A stretch of DNA of 46,669 bases from a virus (Duplodnaviria; Caudoviricetes). Positions 36,401 to 44,847 of the stretch are shown here, piece after piece. The stretch is from positions 1 through 46,669 of the IMG/VR virus record IMGVR_UViG_3300036853_000124; one strand, given 5' to 3'. The notes beneath the pieces are model-generated. The model did no database searches and was not told the origin of the DNA. It was given only the letters and a program-made list of their open reading frames with translations. Both the position numbers and the translations under genes were made by a program. The stretch's first letter is position 1; every line of letters starts with the position of its first letter.

Positions 36401-36750
36401 GGCTATGAGGGTACCCGTGCCGAGGCGGGGAGGGGCCCTGCTAGGCTCTCGTCCCGGCGAGACCAGCGGGGCTGTAGAGCCGGGGGAGATCCCCGGACAA
36501 AACGGTCCAAGGGCCGCATCATCACTGATCACCCTGCTGGTCTCGCCCCTTCCCATCTGGTCTGCTAGGCTCCCGTTCCGGCGAGACCGGTAGGGCATAC
36601 GAGCCGGGTCGCTGTAGGTCCACGCTCCACCCGCAGGGGGGCCTACAGCGGCGGTCAGCGTTTCCAGGGTGTAGCTTTCGCCGGATGACCCTGACGTCGC
36701 GACCAGGAGATCTCCGGACGGGGTTTCAGCAGGTAACCCGAGTGATCACC

Positions 36751-36996
36751 CTACCGGTCTCGCCGCCCCCCGAGGATTGGCACCAACTCGAAAGGGTTGG
36801 GCTGCCGGGGTTCGGGGCCACCGAACTGCCCGTTCGAGAAGATCCACAGGCAGGTCAGTGCCGACCGGAAGGCGACAGCCCGGCCGAGGTGGTACTCCCT
36901 GGCCCCTTCAGTTACCGCTTCCAGAGCCTGCCGGATGGCGTCATCCCGCTGGTGCGCCAAGTCGTCGGCGAGCTTACGGAGCCGGTCGTCATTCAT
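36751..36996 (-). CDS. Hypothetical protein
   Basis: Coupled downstream of the secreted-protein gene. Confidence 0.6.
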   Translation of the reverse strand: MNDDRLRKLADDLAHQRDDAIRQALEAVTEGAREYHLGRAVAFRSALTCLWIFSNGQFGGPEPRQPNPFELVPILGGRRDR

Positions 36997-36998
36997 CG

Positions 36999-37343
36999 TC
37001 ACTCCGATCCCACGAAGACCATCTGGTCCCACGCCCACTTGCCGCCGGGCAGTTGGTGCCGCCCCTGGCAGGCCTTGAACGCCCGGGTCCAGTCCGCCCG
37101 CGCCGACGAGCTCGCCGAGCGCCACCAATCGGCGTACGCGCTACCCTCAAGCGGGATGTCTCGGGTGTCGGCCTCGGCGGAGTAGCAGACGTGGCGGGCG
37201 TCGGTGATGCGCGACGGGAGGTGGTAGTGACACACGCTGGCCGTCGACGGGCAACGATCGTGCCGGACCGTCGGGTAGGCCGCAGGCGACGTCAGGGTGA
37301 ACGCCAGCACGCCGACCAGTAGGGTGACGAGAAGCTTCTTCAT
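36999..37343 (-). CDS. Secreted Cys-containing protein with signal peptide
   Basis: MKKLLVTLLVGVLAFTLTSPAA signal; RBS AGGAG; 4 Cys. Confidence 0.7.
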   Translation of the reverse strand: MKKLLVTLLVGVLAFTLTSPAAYPTVRHDRCPSTASVCHYHLPSRITDARHVCYSAEADTRDIPLEGSAYADWWRSASSSARADWTRAFKACQGRHQLPGGKWAWDQMVFVGSE

Positions 37344-37399
37344 GGTGGACTCCTAGGCTGGTGACACTGTACGTCGCCGCTGCTCAACCCGCCGACCCT

Positions 37400-37600
37400 A
37401 GGCAGACGCTAGATCGACTCTTGTCAGTATCATGTCGGCTATAAGGCTCATCAGTAACCTGCCGTTCCGCCTGGTCGGCACAACGTACGAGCGCTGATAC
37501 TGAAGAATGATACATACAATTGCAAGGTCTGGCTATAGCCTTTGACCTGCTGGTTTGTGGGTACTTGGCCGGTTGACAGCGTGGTACAAGGCTCAATGAC
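37400..37600. other. Probable attP region
   Basis: AT-richer intergenic DNA directly upstream of the integrase; inverted TCAGTATCA (37424) / TGATACTGA (37495); core not identified. Confidence 0.5.
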
Positions 37601-37616
37601 GGTATACTCTGAGGCT

Positions 37617-38552
37617 ATGGTCTACGTCGCGCCCGACGGCGCCCACCCCGACTTCGGTGCCCTGGTTCCGTCCTGGGAGCTTGGTCTCCAGGTGAGTCGG
37701 TGCTCTCCGAACACCGTCAAGAACTACATCCGACGGTTCGAGAACCTCGCCCGCTGGGCCGCCACGGAGCGCCCGGACCTCGGACCGCTGGAGCTCACCA
37801 GGCACGACCTCCAGGTTTGGGTGAAGTGGCTGTTGGACACCATGGCTGACAGCAGTGCGGCTGCCAACGTCGCAGGGGTCAAATCCTTCTACCGGTGGGC
37901 CGCCAGTGAGGGCGAGATCGCCGAAGATCCAATGCGCCCAATAGCAACCCCGCGGGTCGGCAAGTCGGCTCCGGCCGTCGTCCCTCCTGACGTCTTCCGG
38001 CGACTGCTTGAAGGCTGCGACCGGCAGACCTTCACCGGGGTCCGCGACGAGGCCATCCTGCGTGTCCTCGTCGACTGCGGGCTGCGGGTCGACGAGGTGT
38101 CCTCGCGCGACCTTGCGTCCGTCGACCTGCCGGGGCGCCTGCTCCGTGTCGTAGGCAAGGGCGCCCGGCGCGAGGGCCCGAGGGTGCGGACCGTCGCATG
38201 CGGCGTGAAGACAGCTGCGGCCCTGGACCGATACATCCGAACCCGGCGGAAGGTTCCGGGCGCCGCCGACCAAACCGCGCTGTGGGTCATTTCGAACGGC
38301 CGGCCCTTCTCCCGAGCAGGCATCCAGCAGATGATCAAGAGGCGAGGTGAAGCGGCCGGCTTCCGGGTGTACCCGCACATGTTCCGACACACTTGGGCCA
38401 GCGACGCGCGGAAGCTAGGCCTCAGCGACGGTGACCTGATGTACCTGGCCGGCTGGGAGAGTCGGGCCATGCTGGACCGGTACGGCGCCGCCGAGGCCGA
38501 GCAGCGGGCCCAGGAGTCCTACCGGAGCCGGAGCGTAGGAGACCAGTACTAG
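37617..38552 (+). CDS. int: Tyrosine integrase (XerC-like, no obvious arm-binding domain)
   Basis: GLRVDE, GKG, HMFRH, AGW, DRY catalytic set; TATACT 8 nt upstream of ATG; start could also be 37596. Confidence 0.9.
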   Translation: MVYVAPDGAHPDFGALVPSWELGLQVSRCSPNTVKNYIRRFENLARWAATERPDLGPLELTRHDLQVWVKWLLDTMADSSAAANVAGVKSFYRWAASEGEIAEDPMRPIATPRVGKSAPAVVPPDVFRRLLEGCDRQTFTGVRDEAILRVLVDCGLRVDEVSSRDLASVDLPGRLLRVVGKGARREGPRVRTVACGVKTAAALDRYIRTRRKVPGAADQTALWVISNGRPFSRAGIQQMIKRRGEAAGFRVYPHMFRHTWASDARKLGLSDGDLMYLAGWESRAMLDRYGAAEAEQRAQESYRSRSVGDQY

Positions 38553-38558
38553 TCCCCG

Positions 38559-38942
38559 TCATTCCCCGCCCGGCGTAGGCACCACACGCAGCCTCGGAGC
38601 GGGGGGCGGCAGGTCTGGGACGCCGTGGTCCACGGGCAGATCCGCCAGGGCGTACGCGAGGTCTTCGAGGTTGTCCTCAAGGCGCCGGTTGGTGCAGCGG
38701 AGGTCGGCTATCTCGTCGGCTATCCGGTCGTCGTGGCGCTCGACGTGCCGCTCCACGCGGTGGTAGGTCCAGATGAGGGGACCCCACACGGCTGCGACGA
38801 GAGCGCACGTGGTGGCGTACCAGAACAGACGGCGACTGTCCCCAGGGGCCTGGGCGACGACGGATGCTAGGTAGAAGAAGGCCAGGGACGCGGCGCTAGG
38901 AAGGCCTACGGCCAGGGTCATACGGGTCCGAATGGACATCAT
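38559..38942 (-). CDS. Two-TM membrane protein downstream of the repressor (possible superinfection exclusion)
   Basis: Two hydrophobic helices plus coiled coil; same strand as repressor. Confidence 0.6.
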   Translation of the reverse strand: MMSIRTRMTLAVGLPSAASLAFFYLASVVAQAPGDSRRLFWYATTCALVAAVWGPLIWTYHRVERHVERHDDRIADEIADLRCTNRRLEDNLEDLAYALADLPVDHGVPDLPPPAPRLRVVPTPGGE

Positions 38943-38991
38943 GCCCCCTAAGGGGGAGAGGTACTGCCCAGTCCTAGTAGGACTGTCCCTA

Positions 38992-39405
38992 TCAGCCTAT
39001 CACGCGGGAGCGAGCCTGCTCGGCGGACTCCTCGCCCTCCATGATTCCGACCTCCCGCCAGAACGCGGCCGGGCCCATGCGCTGCCTGATCACCCGGAGC
39101 ATGGCCGACAAGTCGTCAGTCTCTGGGCGCGCGCGCGGGGCTGGGAGCGGCCGGGACAGGACGGCGTCCACATCCACGACCGTTGGCTCCCGGCCCGCGT
39201 CGATCTCCGCCATGGAGCCCTCAGCCCAGGACAGTGCTGCCTCGACGTTGCGGATGCTGCGAGGGTGGGTGCCCTCGCCCCGCTCGATGCGCTTGAACGT
39301 CTGCCGGGCCAGCCCCGTCTGCCGCAACAGTTGCGTCTGAGTGAGTGGCATCTGCTCCATTCGCTCGCTGATCCACTGTTGCCGTGACTTCTGGTTCCGC
39401 GCCAT
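38992..39405 (-). CDS. Immunity repressor (XRE-family HTH)
   Basis: LTQTQLLRQTGLARQTFKRIERGE...VEAALSWAEGS; divergent from early operon, near integrase. Confidence 0.85.
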   Translation of the reverse strand: MARNQKSRQQWISERMEQMPLTQTQLLRQTGLARQTFKRIERGEGTHPRSIRNVEAALSWAEGSMAEIDAGREPTVVDVDAVLSRPLPAPRARPETDDLSAMLRVIRQRMGPAAFWREVGIMEGEESAEQARSRVIG

Positions 39406-39538
39406 GGGGGCTCACTTTACCCCCTGGAGCAGGGCAAACACTCCCCTAGTCACCCGGATGGTCGAACGCTCTGTGTATATCGCCTGTACACACAAGGTCA
39501 AAGTTAGCGGTTCTAGGGGCAAAGTTGACCGTCCACTA

Positions 39539-39568
39539 TTGACTTTAGCGCTCACTTGAGCGCATGCT
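39539..39568 (+). promoter_or_regulatory. Early lytic promoter with palindromic operator
   Basis: TTGACT, 18 nt, CATGCT; GCGCTCA-CT-TGAGCGC at 39548-39563; ATG 6 nt downstream. Confidence 0.65.
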
Positions 39569-39574
39569 CTGTAC

Positions 39575-39715
39575 ATGGCACCGACACTCTCCACCACCAC
39601 CGAGGAGAAGGCCCCGTGTGAGCCCTGCCGGGGCAACGGCACCCGCTGGACTCGCCGCGACAACCGCAACGTTGAAACCTCCTGCGTCGACTGCGGCGGA
39701 GAAGGCGAACTCTGA
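39575..39715 (+). CDS. 46-aa DnaJ-type zinc-finger micro-protein (leaderless)
   Basis: Translated by hand: CEPCRGNG and CVDCGGEG (two CxxCxGxG). Confidence 0.7.
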   Translation: MAPTLSTTTEEKAPCEPCRGNGTRWTRRDNRNVETSCVDCGGEGEL

Positions 39716-39876
39716 TGACCCGCGACGGGACGGACTCGATGCCCGAGCCCCCCGCCTGGCTGCCGCTGTCTCCGGATAGCGCCCGGCGAGCCTGGGAGAG
39801 AGGCAAGAACGCACCGCCGATGGACGCGGAAACTCGCGCCGCGGTAGCGCTCCTGGTCCGCCCCGTCGCTCTCTAA
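39715..39876 (+). CDS. Hypothetical protein (53 aa, ...APPMDAETRAAVALLVRP)
   Basis: Translated by hand; TGATG coupling. Confidence 0.6.
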   Translation: MTRDGTDSMPEPPAWLPLSPDSARRAWERGKNAPPMDAETRAAVALLVRPVAL

Positions 39877-40027
39877 CTTCCCGTCCGCTCAGGACGGATC
39901 CTGCTCAGGCAGCTACCAAGCTAAAAGCCTCGCCGGCTAAGACCCGGGATGGACGCTGCCTGCGTACCTCATAGCCTCGCAAGGGGCAGCGCAGCGGGTC
40001 GACGCACCGAATATCGCCCGCACACAA

Positions 40028-40090
40028 CCGCCTGGCTAGGCAGCCAAACGTCCGCTCTGGACGTACCCCGGTTCGATTCCGGCAGGCGGA
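40028..40090 (+). ncRNA. tRNA-like 63-nt cloverleaf (non-canonical)
   Basis: CCGCCTG/CAGGCGG acceptor-like stem, GCT-AGGC-AGC, ACGTCC-GCTCT-GGACGT, CCGG-TTCGATT-CCGG T-arm. Confidence 0.55.
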
Positions 40091-40129
40091 CTTAACCCCC
40101 TCTCACACACCTCATGAATCGAGCACCCG

Positions 40130-40429
40130 ATGACCTCGCACTCGCTCTACAAGGGACGCACGATCACCATCGAATCCGCCGGCGCCATCTCCCGCGAAGA
40201 CAACCTGTTCGACGCCTTCCCCGCCAGTCGCGACGAGTTCAAGCGGGTCGTCGTCAACGGCTCGGCACAGTTCGGCTTCCAAGGCGACGACAGGTTCGTG
40301 CGCGCCGAGACCGAGCGCTACATCGACGCCGTGGACGCAGCGGCCGAGCGCTCCCGTCAGAAGGCCGCCGCGGGGGGCTACACGTCCGGACGCAACACCG
40401 ACTTCGCAGAGAGCTGGAACCGGTCATGA
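40130..40429 (+). CDS. Hypothetical protein
   Basis: Phage-like codon usage; first of a coupled series. Confidence 0.7.
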   Translation: MTSHSLYKGRTITIESAGAISREDNLFDAFPASRDEFKRVVVNGSAQFGFQGDDRFVRAETERYIDAVDAAAERSRQKAAAGGYTSGRNTDFAESWNRS

Positions 40430-40653
40430 ACGTCTTCGACCTTGGCGACAACCGCTACACCGCGCAGGTGGTTCCCGACTGCTACCCCCACGAGCGTCAG
40501 CCGGCACTGGCCAACTGGTCCTATGAGGAGCTTGAGATGTACTGCGGGATCTACCCGGTCCGCACGCAGGTCCGCGCCGACGGTGTCAGGGTCACGACCT
40601 TCGGTCCGGGCGCCCTGTATGACTCGGTCGTCTACGAACTCCCGGACGCGTGA
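40426..40653 (+). CDS. Hypothetical protein
   Basis: ATGA coupling (MNVFDLG...). Confidence 0.65.
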   Translation: MNVFDLGDNRYTAQVVPDCYPHERQPALANWSYEELEMYCGIYPVRTQVRADGVRVTTFGPGALYDSVVYELPDA

Positions 40654-40823
40654 TGTCCTTCACCGGCCAAGACCTCGCCGCCCTGGAGCACGCCGCAGCC
40701 ATCGTCAACGAAGTGATGGACCGGCACCCCACGCAGGACCTCCGGGTCGTCTCCGCCCTCTGCTCCGCTGTCCAAGACATCCGCCTCGCCGCACGCTACG
40801 ACCACGCTCAGACAGGACGCTGA
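40653..40823 (+). CDS. Hypothetical protein (56 aa)
   Basis: Translated by hand; TGATG coupling. Confidence 0.65.
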   Translation: MSFTGQDLAALEHAAAIVNEVMDRHPTQDLRVVSALCSAVQDIRLAARYDHAQTGR

Positions 40824-40826
40824 CTC

Positions 40827-40955
40827 ATGCCCAACCGCTACCACGGCAAGCAGGCCCGAGGATCCGCCCGCATCCAACGCGAGCTCAAGCGCGAAGAGGC
40901 CGAGGCCCGTAACGCCGCCACCCCGCCCGAGCGACGCAAGGCGGCCCGGCGATGA
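40827..40955 (+). CDS. Small basic protein (42 aa)
   Basis: Translated by hand MPNRYHGKQARG...; coupled to next gene. Confidence 0.6.
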   Translation: MPNRYHGKQARGSARIQRELKREEAEARNAATPPERRKAARR

Positions 40956-41140
40956 GCGACATCCTGTACTACACGCGGCGGAGTCAGCCTGAGCTGATGT
41001 GGCGTATCGACACCGAGCTGTCCCTCGTGGAAGTTGCACCCCTCGGACAGCAGGGCCCGTGGATGCTGTCCCACTTCGACTGGACGCACATCGACTCCAT
41101 GGCCGAGCGCGGAGAGGCGGAAGAGGTGCCTGCTCCGTGA
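40952..41140 (+). CDS. Hypothetical protein
   Basis: ATGA/GTGA coupling. Confidence 0.6.
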   Translation: MSDILYYTRRSQPELMWRIDTELSLVEVAPLGQQGPWMLSHFDWTHIDSMAERGEAEEVPAP

Positions 41141-41388
41141 CCGAGTCCTACGCCGAGCGCTCCATGAGGGGCCGGCTCGCCGCCCACACCCGCTGGGCCC
41201 AGACCGCCGACCGCTCAGCCGCCACCGCCCCGGCCCGCAGAGGCCTCCTGGACCGCTTTGAACGCGAGGTTGACCCAGAGGGACAGCTCGACCCGGGGGA
41301 GCGGCAGCGGCGAGCTGAGTCGGCGAAGAAGGCGTTCTACACCAGGCTGGCCCTGGCATCGGCAAAGGCCCGAAGGAGGTCGGCGTGA
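41137..41388 (+). CDS. Small basic helical protein of actinobacterial mobile elements
   Basis: RLAAHTRWA..DRSAATAPARR...RFEREVDPEG.L...ER.RRAESA pattern. Confidence 0.65.
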   Translation: MTESYAERSMRGRLAAHTRWAQTADRSAATAPARRGLLDRFEREVDPEGQLDPGERQRRAESAKKAFYTRLALASAKARRRSA

Positions 41389-41588
41389 CTGAATACGTAG
41401 TCTGGGGATTCAACGGCTCGTATCAGCGGACCCCGATCAAGCTCACCGGGGGAAACCTCCAGCGGTGTAGGCGAGAGACGCACTACTGGGCACGCGACGG
41501 CTGGACGTGCGCTACGTACCTCGTCGGTACCGCTCCGGAAGGGCTCCGGGATCAGGCCCGTGCCACGCTGAAGGCCGAGGCAGCATGA
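41385..41588 (+). CDS. Hypothetical protein
   Basis: Coupled both sides. Confidence 0.6.
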   Translation: MTEYVVWGFNGSYQRTPIKLTGGNLQRCRRETHYWARDGWTCATYLVGTAPEGLRDQARATLKAEAA

Positions 41589-41737
41589 CAGGCAAGAAGC
41601 TTCTCCGGTCCCAGCGCTCCGGCCACTGCGAGAGCGGCGCCGTCGGGGGCCACGGTCGCTGCAAGTACTACTTCACCAAGCCCGGCAAGGTCTGCTCCTG
41701 CACCTGCCACACCCCACCGAAGGACGAGGCGGCATGA
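41585..41737 (+). CDS. Small Cys/His-rich protein
   Basis: C...H..C...CSCTCH. Confidence 0.6.
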   Translation: MTGKKLLRSQRSGHCESGAVGGHGRCKYYFTKPGKVCSCTCHTPPKDEAA

Positions 41738-41934
41738 CCGGCTTCGAGCCCGGGGACAAGCTGACCAAGCTCGACGACCCCCGCGCGGAACCCGTCGTCT
41801 ACGTCCTCACTGGCCGCCCGTACTACACGTTCGGCGGCTGGCTGGGTGACCTCCTCACTGATGGCTTCGTCCGCCGATACCCCCTCGACGAGTTCCGCCT
41901 CGCCACACCGACCACAGAGGACGACAAGCCATGA
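41734..41934 (+). CDS. Hypothetical protein
   Basis: FEPGDKL start; coupled. Confidence 0.65.
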   Translation: MTGFEPGDKLTKLDDPRAEPVVYVLTGRPYYTFGGWLGDLLTDGFVRRYPLDEFRLATPTTEDDKP

Positions 41935-42290
41935 GCACATTCAAGCCGGGCGACCGGGTCCAGGTGGCCTACGAAGGGGTGGTAGCTGGCGTGAACGCCG
42001 ACGGCAGCATCGACTATCTGGGAGCTGGGCACCACCTCCCGAAGGGCGCCACCGTCGAACTGATCGAGCGCGCCGACGACCCGAGCAAGGACCCCGTTGG
42101 CACGGTACGCCGAGACCCGAGGGAGGGCAACACCTACATCCGTTCGGACTACAACGATCTGTATCCATGGATCTCATTCGGACCGATGACCGGCGTCCAA
42201 CATCACCGGGTCGTCGGCTGGGAAGTAATCGGTGCTGTGCCAGGGACGCCGGCCGCCGAGGCGCAGAAGTCACGGAACCACTTCGAATGA
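41931..42290 (+). CDS. Hypothetical protein, paralogue of 42887-43195
   Basis: Shared KPGDRV, ADDPSKDPVGTVRR, GAVP blocks. Confidence 0.75.
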   Translation: MSTFKPGDRVQVAYEGVVAGVNADGSIDYLGAGHHLPKGATVELIERADDPSKDPVGTVRRDPREGNTYIRSDYNDLYPWISFGPMTGVQHHRVVGWEVIGAVPGTPAAEAQKSRNHFE

Positions 42291-42613
42291 CCGCCCCCGA
42301 ACCGCCGCCCCGGGCGCTGGTCCCTGCCCCGCCCGGTAGCCGACTCGCCGAGCTGGCCGCCCGGTACGCCGCACTGAAGCCTGCCGCCGATGAGGCCGCT
42401 GCCCTGCTCGAGGAGGTCAAGGCGGCTATCAAGATAGAGCTCGCCAACGCCGCGCCCGCCTCGGAGGACATCACCCTGCAAGGGGACGTGCCGCTCAGGC
42501 TGCGGGCCAAGACGTCCATGCGGTTCGACACCAGCGGGTTCAAGACCGCCGACCCGCTCACCTACGCCCGCTACACCAAGCAGCAGACCAGCTGGGAGCT
42601 GAGGGAAGCGTGA
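42287..42613 (+). CDS. Coiled-coil protein of the recombination module
   Basis: RFDTSGFK..DP..YARYTK resembles C-termini of YqaJ-type/Gam-like proteins. Confidence 0.6.
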   Translation: MTAPEPPPRALVPAPPGSRLAELAARYAALKPAADEAAALLEEVKAAIKIELANAAPASEDITLQGDVPLRLRAKTSMRFDTSGFKTADPLTYARYTKQQTSWELREA

Positions 42614-42729
42614 CCGTGTTGCTTGGTATCGCTCATGGCCTGGCCGTCTCGGCAGTGCTGATAGCCCTCGACTGCTGGTTCTGGCGAAGGCTACGGAAGG
42701 CCATCCGCGACAGGAGCGACCAGTCGTGA
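42610..42729 (+). CDS. Small membrane protein (39 aa)
   Basis: Translated by hand; TM plus basic tail. Confidence 0.55.
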   Translation: MTVLLGIAHGLAVSAVLIALDCWFWRRLRKAIRDRSDQS

Positions 42730-42890
42730 CCAGCAGACACCCCTACGCGGTTCGGGTGTACGACGACCTCCGGTCCCGGGGTTGCGCGCCGCCTCTGCCC
42801 CGGGAGTACGGCCTGAACCTGGTGTCCGAGACCCTCCGCGCCGCCGACCACATCCGACTACTTGAGACACCCCTGGAGAAGCAGACATGA
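42726..42890 (+). CDS. Hypothetical protein (54 aa)
   Basis: Translated by hand; coupled both sides. Confidence 0.55.
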   Translation: MTSRHPYAVRVYDDLRSRGCAPPLPREYGLNLVSETLRAADHIRLLETPLEKQT

Positions 42891-43195
42891 CCGAGATCAA
42901 GCCGGGCGACCGGGTCCGCGTGACCTACGAAACTTTCGTGGACCCGGGTGGACACTTCCGGGGGGAGTCAACCCTTCAGTACTACGGAGCCACCGTCGAG
43001 GTGATCGAGCCCGCCGACGACCCGAGCAAGGACCCCGTCGGCACGGTGCGACGCACCCCACGCACCCTGGCGCGGCAGGTCGTCAAGGTCCGCAGGAACT
43101 ACTGGGTGTTCGTCCGCGACCAGGACAGCGAGCCGCTGCGCTTCAGCGACACAGACGTTCGCGAATACCCAGTCGTCGGTGCTGTGCCCGAGTGA
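42887..43195 (+). CDS. Hypothetical protein, paralogue of 41931-42290
   Basis: Shared blocks as above. Confidence 0.75.
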   Translation: MTEIKPGDRVRVTYETFVDPGGHFRGESTLQYYGATVEVIEPADDPSKDPVGTVRRTPRTLARQVVKVRRNYWVFVRDQDSEPLRFSDTDVREYPVVGAVPE

Positions 43196-44013
43196 CCGAC
43201 CTCGATCTCGGCGACGTCATGCGCGCTCCGAAGCCCAGGCCGATGTCAGGCAACACGCCCTGGGCTTCCGACTACGCCATCAAGGACATGCGCAGGGTCG
43301 CCGTCGAGCAGGCAGCCCAAGCCCCCCGTTCGCTACAGCGCCACCTCGGGCCGTCGGAGCTGGGCCACGAGTGTGACAGGCAGGTCGTCGCGAAGATGGC
43401 GGGGGTACCGGGCACCAACCACCTCCTCGACCCCTGGGCGTCCATCGTAGGCACCGCCATTCACGCCTGGTTGGCCGACGCCTTCGAAGGCGACAACGCG
43501 CGGTCAGGTACGCCCCGATGGCTGACCGAGTACCGCGTCACGCCGGCGCCGCTCGTCAACAACCCAGGCACGGGCGACCTCTACGATGTACAGACCCGGG
43601 CGGTGGTCGACCACAAGTGCCAGGGGGATTCGGTCCGCGCCAAACTCCGCCGGGATGGCCCCTCACTCCACTACCGGGTCCAGCTCAAGCTGTACGGGCT
43701 GGGCTTCCGCGCGCTGGGGCTGCCCGTCGAACGGGTGGTACTCGCCTCCTGGCCGCGCACGAAGTCCACGTTGGACGACCTGTACGTCTGGGAGGAGCCG
43801 TTCGTCGAGGACGACCCCGAGCTTGCCTGGGTGTTCAAGAAGACCCCCGAGCGGGAGGCGCTGGCCCAGATGGTCGCCGCCGGGCAGCTCGACATCAACC
43901 AGGTGAAGGCGACGCCCTCCGACGCTGACTGCATCTGGTGCCCGATCTACCGCCCCCAGGCCGCCGACGGCGTGACGCCTGGTTGTCCAGGCATGAAGGG
44001 AAAGCGACCGTAG
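43192..44013 (+). CDS. Cas4-family / PD-(D/E)xK exonuclease
   Basis: GPSELGHECDR, GTAIH, GTGDLYD...VVDHK, QLKLY, CIWCP...C. Confidence 0.85.
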   Translation: MTDLDLGDVMRAPKPRPMSGNTPWASDYAIKDMRRVAVEQAAQAPRSLQRHLGPSELGHECDRQVVAKMAGVPGTNHLLDPWASIVGTAIHAWLADAFEGDNARSGTPRWLTEYRVTPAPLVNNPGTGDLYDVQTRAVVDHKCQGDSVRAKLRRDGPSLHYRVQLKLYGLGFRALGLPVERVVLASWPRTKSTLDDLYVWEEPFVEDDPELAWVFKKTPEREALAQMVAAGQLDINQVKATPSDADCIWCPIYRPQAADGVTPGCPGMKGKRP

Positions 44014-44067
44014 CCCCTGCCTGACCCAAGACGACCCGTCGGTCCACCTCGGACAGGCGGGCTTTTT
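44012..44067 (+). terminator. Intrinsic terminator-like hairpin with U-tract
   Basis: AGCCCCTGCCTG...CAGGCGGGCTTTTT. Confidence 0.6.
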
Positions 44068-44097
44068 CATGCTCCCATAACGAAACGAGACACACAC

Positions 44098-44835
44098 GTG
44101 ACCACACCTCCCGTTGACCCCGCGGCCTTCCAGGCGTTCCTCGCCCAGCTCGCCGCACAGCAGGGCACCACGCCGGCCGCCGGCATTCCCGTGACCCCGG
44201 CCGCGCCTGTCGCGGAGCTGGAGCCCACCGTGGACGTCGACATCTCAGACGTGCTCGGTGGCTCGGCGTATGGCCCGAACCTGCTCGACAAGAACGACCC
44301 GATCGGGACCACGTTCACCGGCACCCTGGCCCAGAAGGTCACCGCCAAGCAGGACCGGGACTTCAAGACCAAGCAGCCGAAGTTCTACGACGATGGCAAG
44401 ACCCCGGTCCCGTTCCTCACCGTCGCGCTGGACGTGCCGGTGAGCGAGCGTCACCCCGACGGCCGCGCCACCTGGTACGCCCGAGGCAAGGACATCAGGG
44501 AGCTCGACCGGGCGGCAGTCGAGGCCGGCGTTCCGCGTGAGGTCATCAAGGCGGGCCTGGACATCGGCGCGATCCTGACCATCAAGTACGAGCGGGACCA
44601 AGTCAACCCTCAGTACCCGGCCAGCAACCCCGCGAAGATCCGCTCGGTCACGTACACCCGACCGGGACAGCCCGCGACGCAGGCGGCTCCTGTCGCTGCT
44701 CCGGCAGTTGCTCCCGTTCAGGCTGTCGCTCCGGTCACCGCACCCGTGGCCCCGGCGGCAGGTCCGGCCCGACCCGAGGGACTCACCGACGCACAGTACG
44801 CGGTGTTCCTGAAGGCGCTCGGCCAGGCTGCCTGA
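44098..44835 (+). CDS. Single-stranded DNA-binding protein (putative)
   Basis: GTTFTG...KQDRDFKTKQPKFYDDG pattern; Ala/Pro tail; follows exonuclease. Confidence 0.65.
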   Translation: MTTPPVDPAAFQAFLAQLAAQQGTTPAAGIPVTPAAPVAELEPTVDVDISDVLGGSAYGPNLLDKNDPIGTTFTGTLAQKVTAKQDRDFKTKQPKFYDDGKTPVPFLTVALDVPVSERHPDGRATWYARGKDIRELDRAAVEAGVPREVIKAGLDIGAILTIKYERDQVNPQYPASNPAKIRSVTYTRPGQPATQAAPVAAPAVAPVQAVAPVTAPVAPAAGPARPEGLTDAQYAVFLKALGQAA

Positions 44836-44847
44836 CCAACCGGCCAT

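Noticed and set aside
40028-40090. Functional decoding tRNA
   Set aside because: Only 63 nt, 4-bp T stem, reduced D arm, no U33 and no CCA; kept only as a tRNA-like element.
41931-43195. Diversity-generating retroelement template/variable repeats
   Set aside because: No reverse transcriptase in the genome and the differences are not adenine-specific.
43192-44013. Cas4-like gene as part of a CRISPR-Cas system
   Set aside because: No repeat-spacer array or other cas genes seen; solo Cas4-like exonucleases beside SSB are routine in actinophages.
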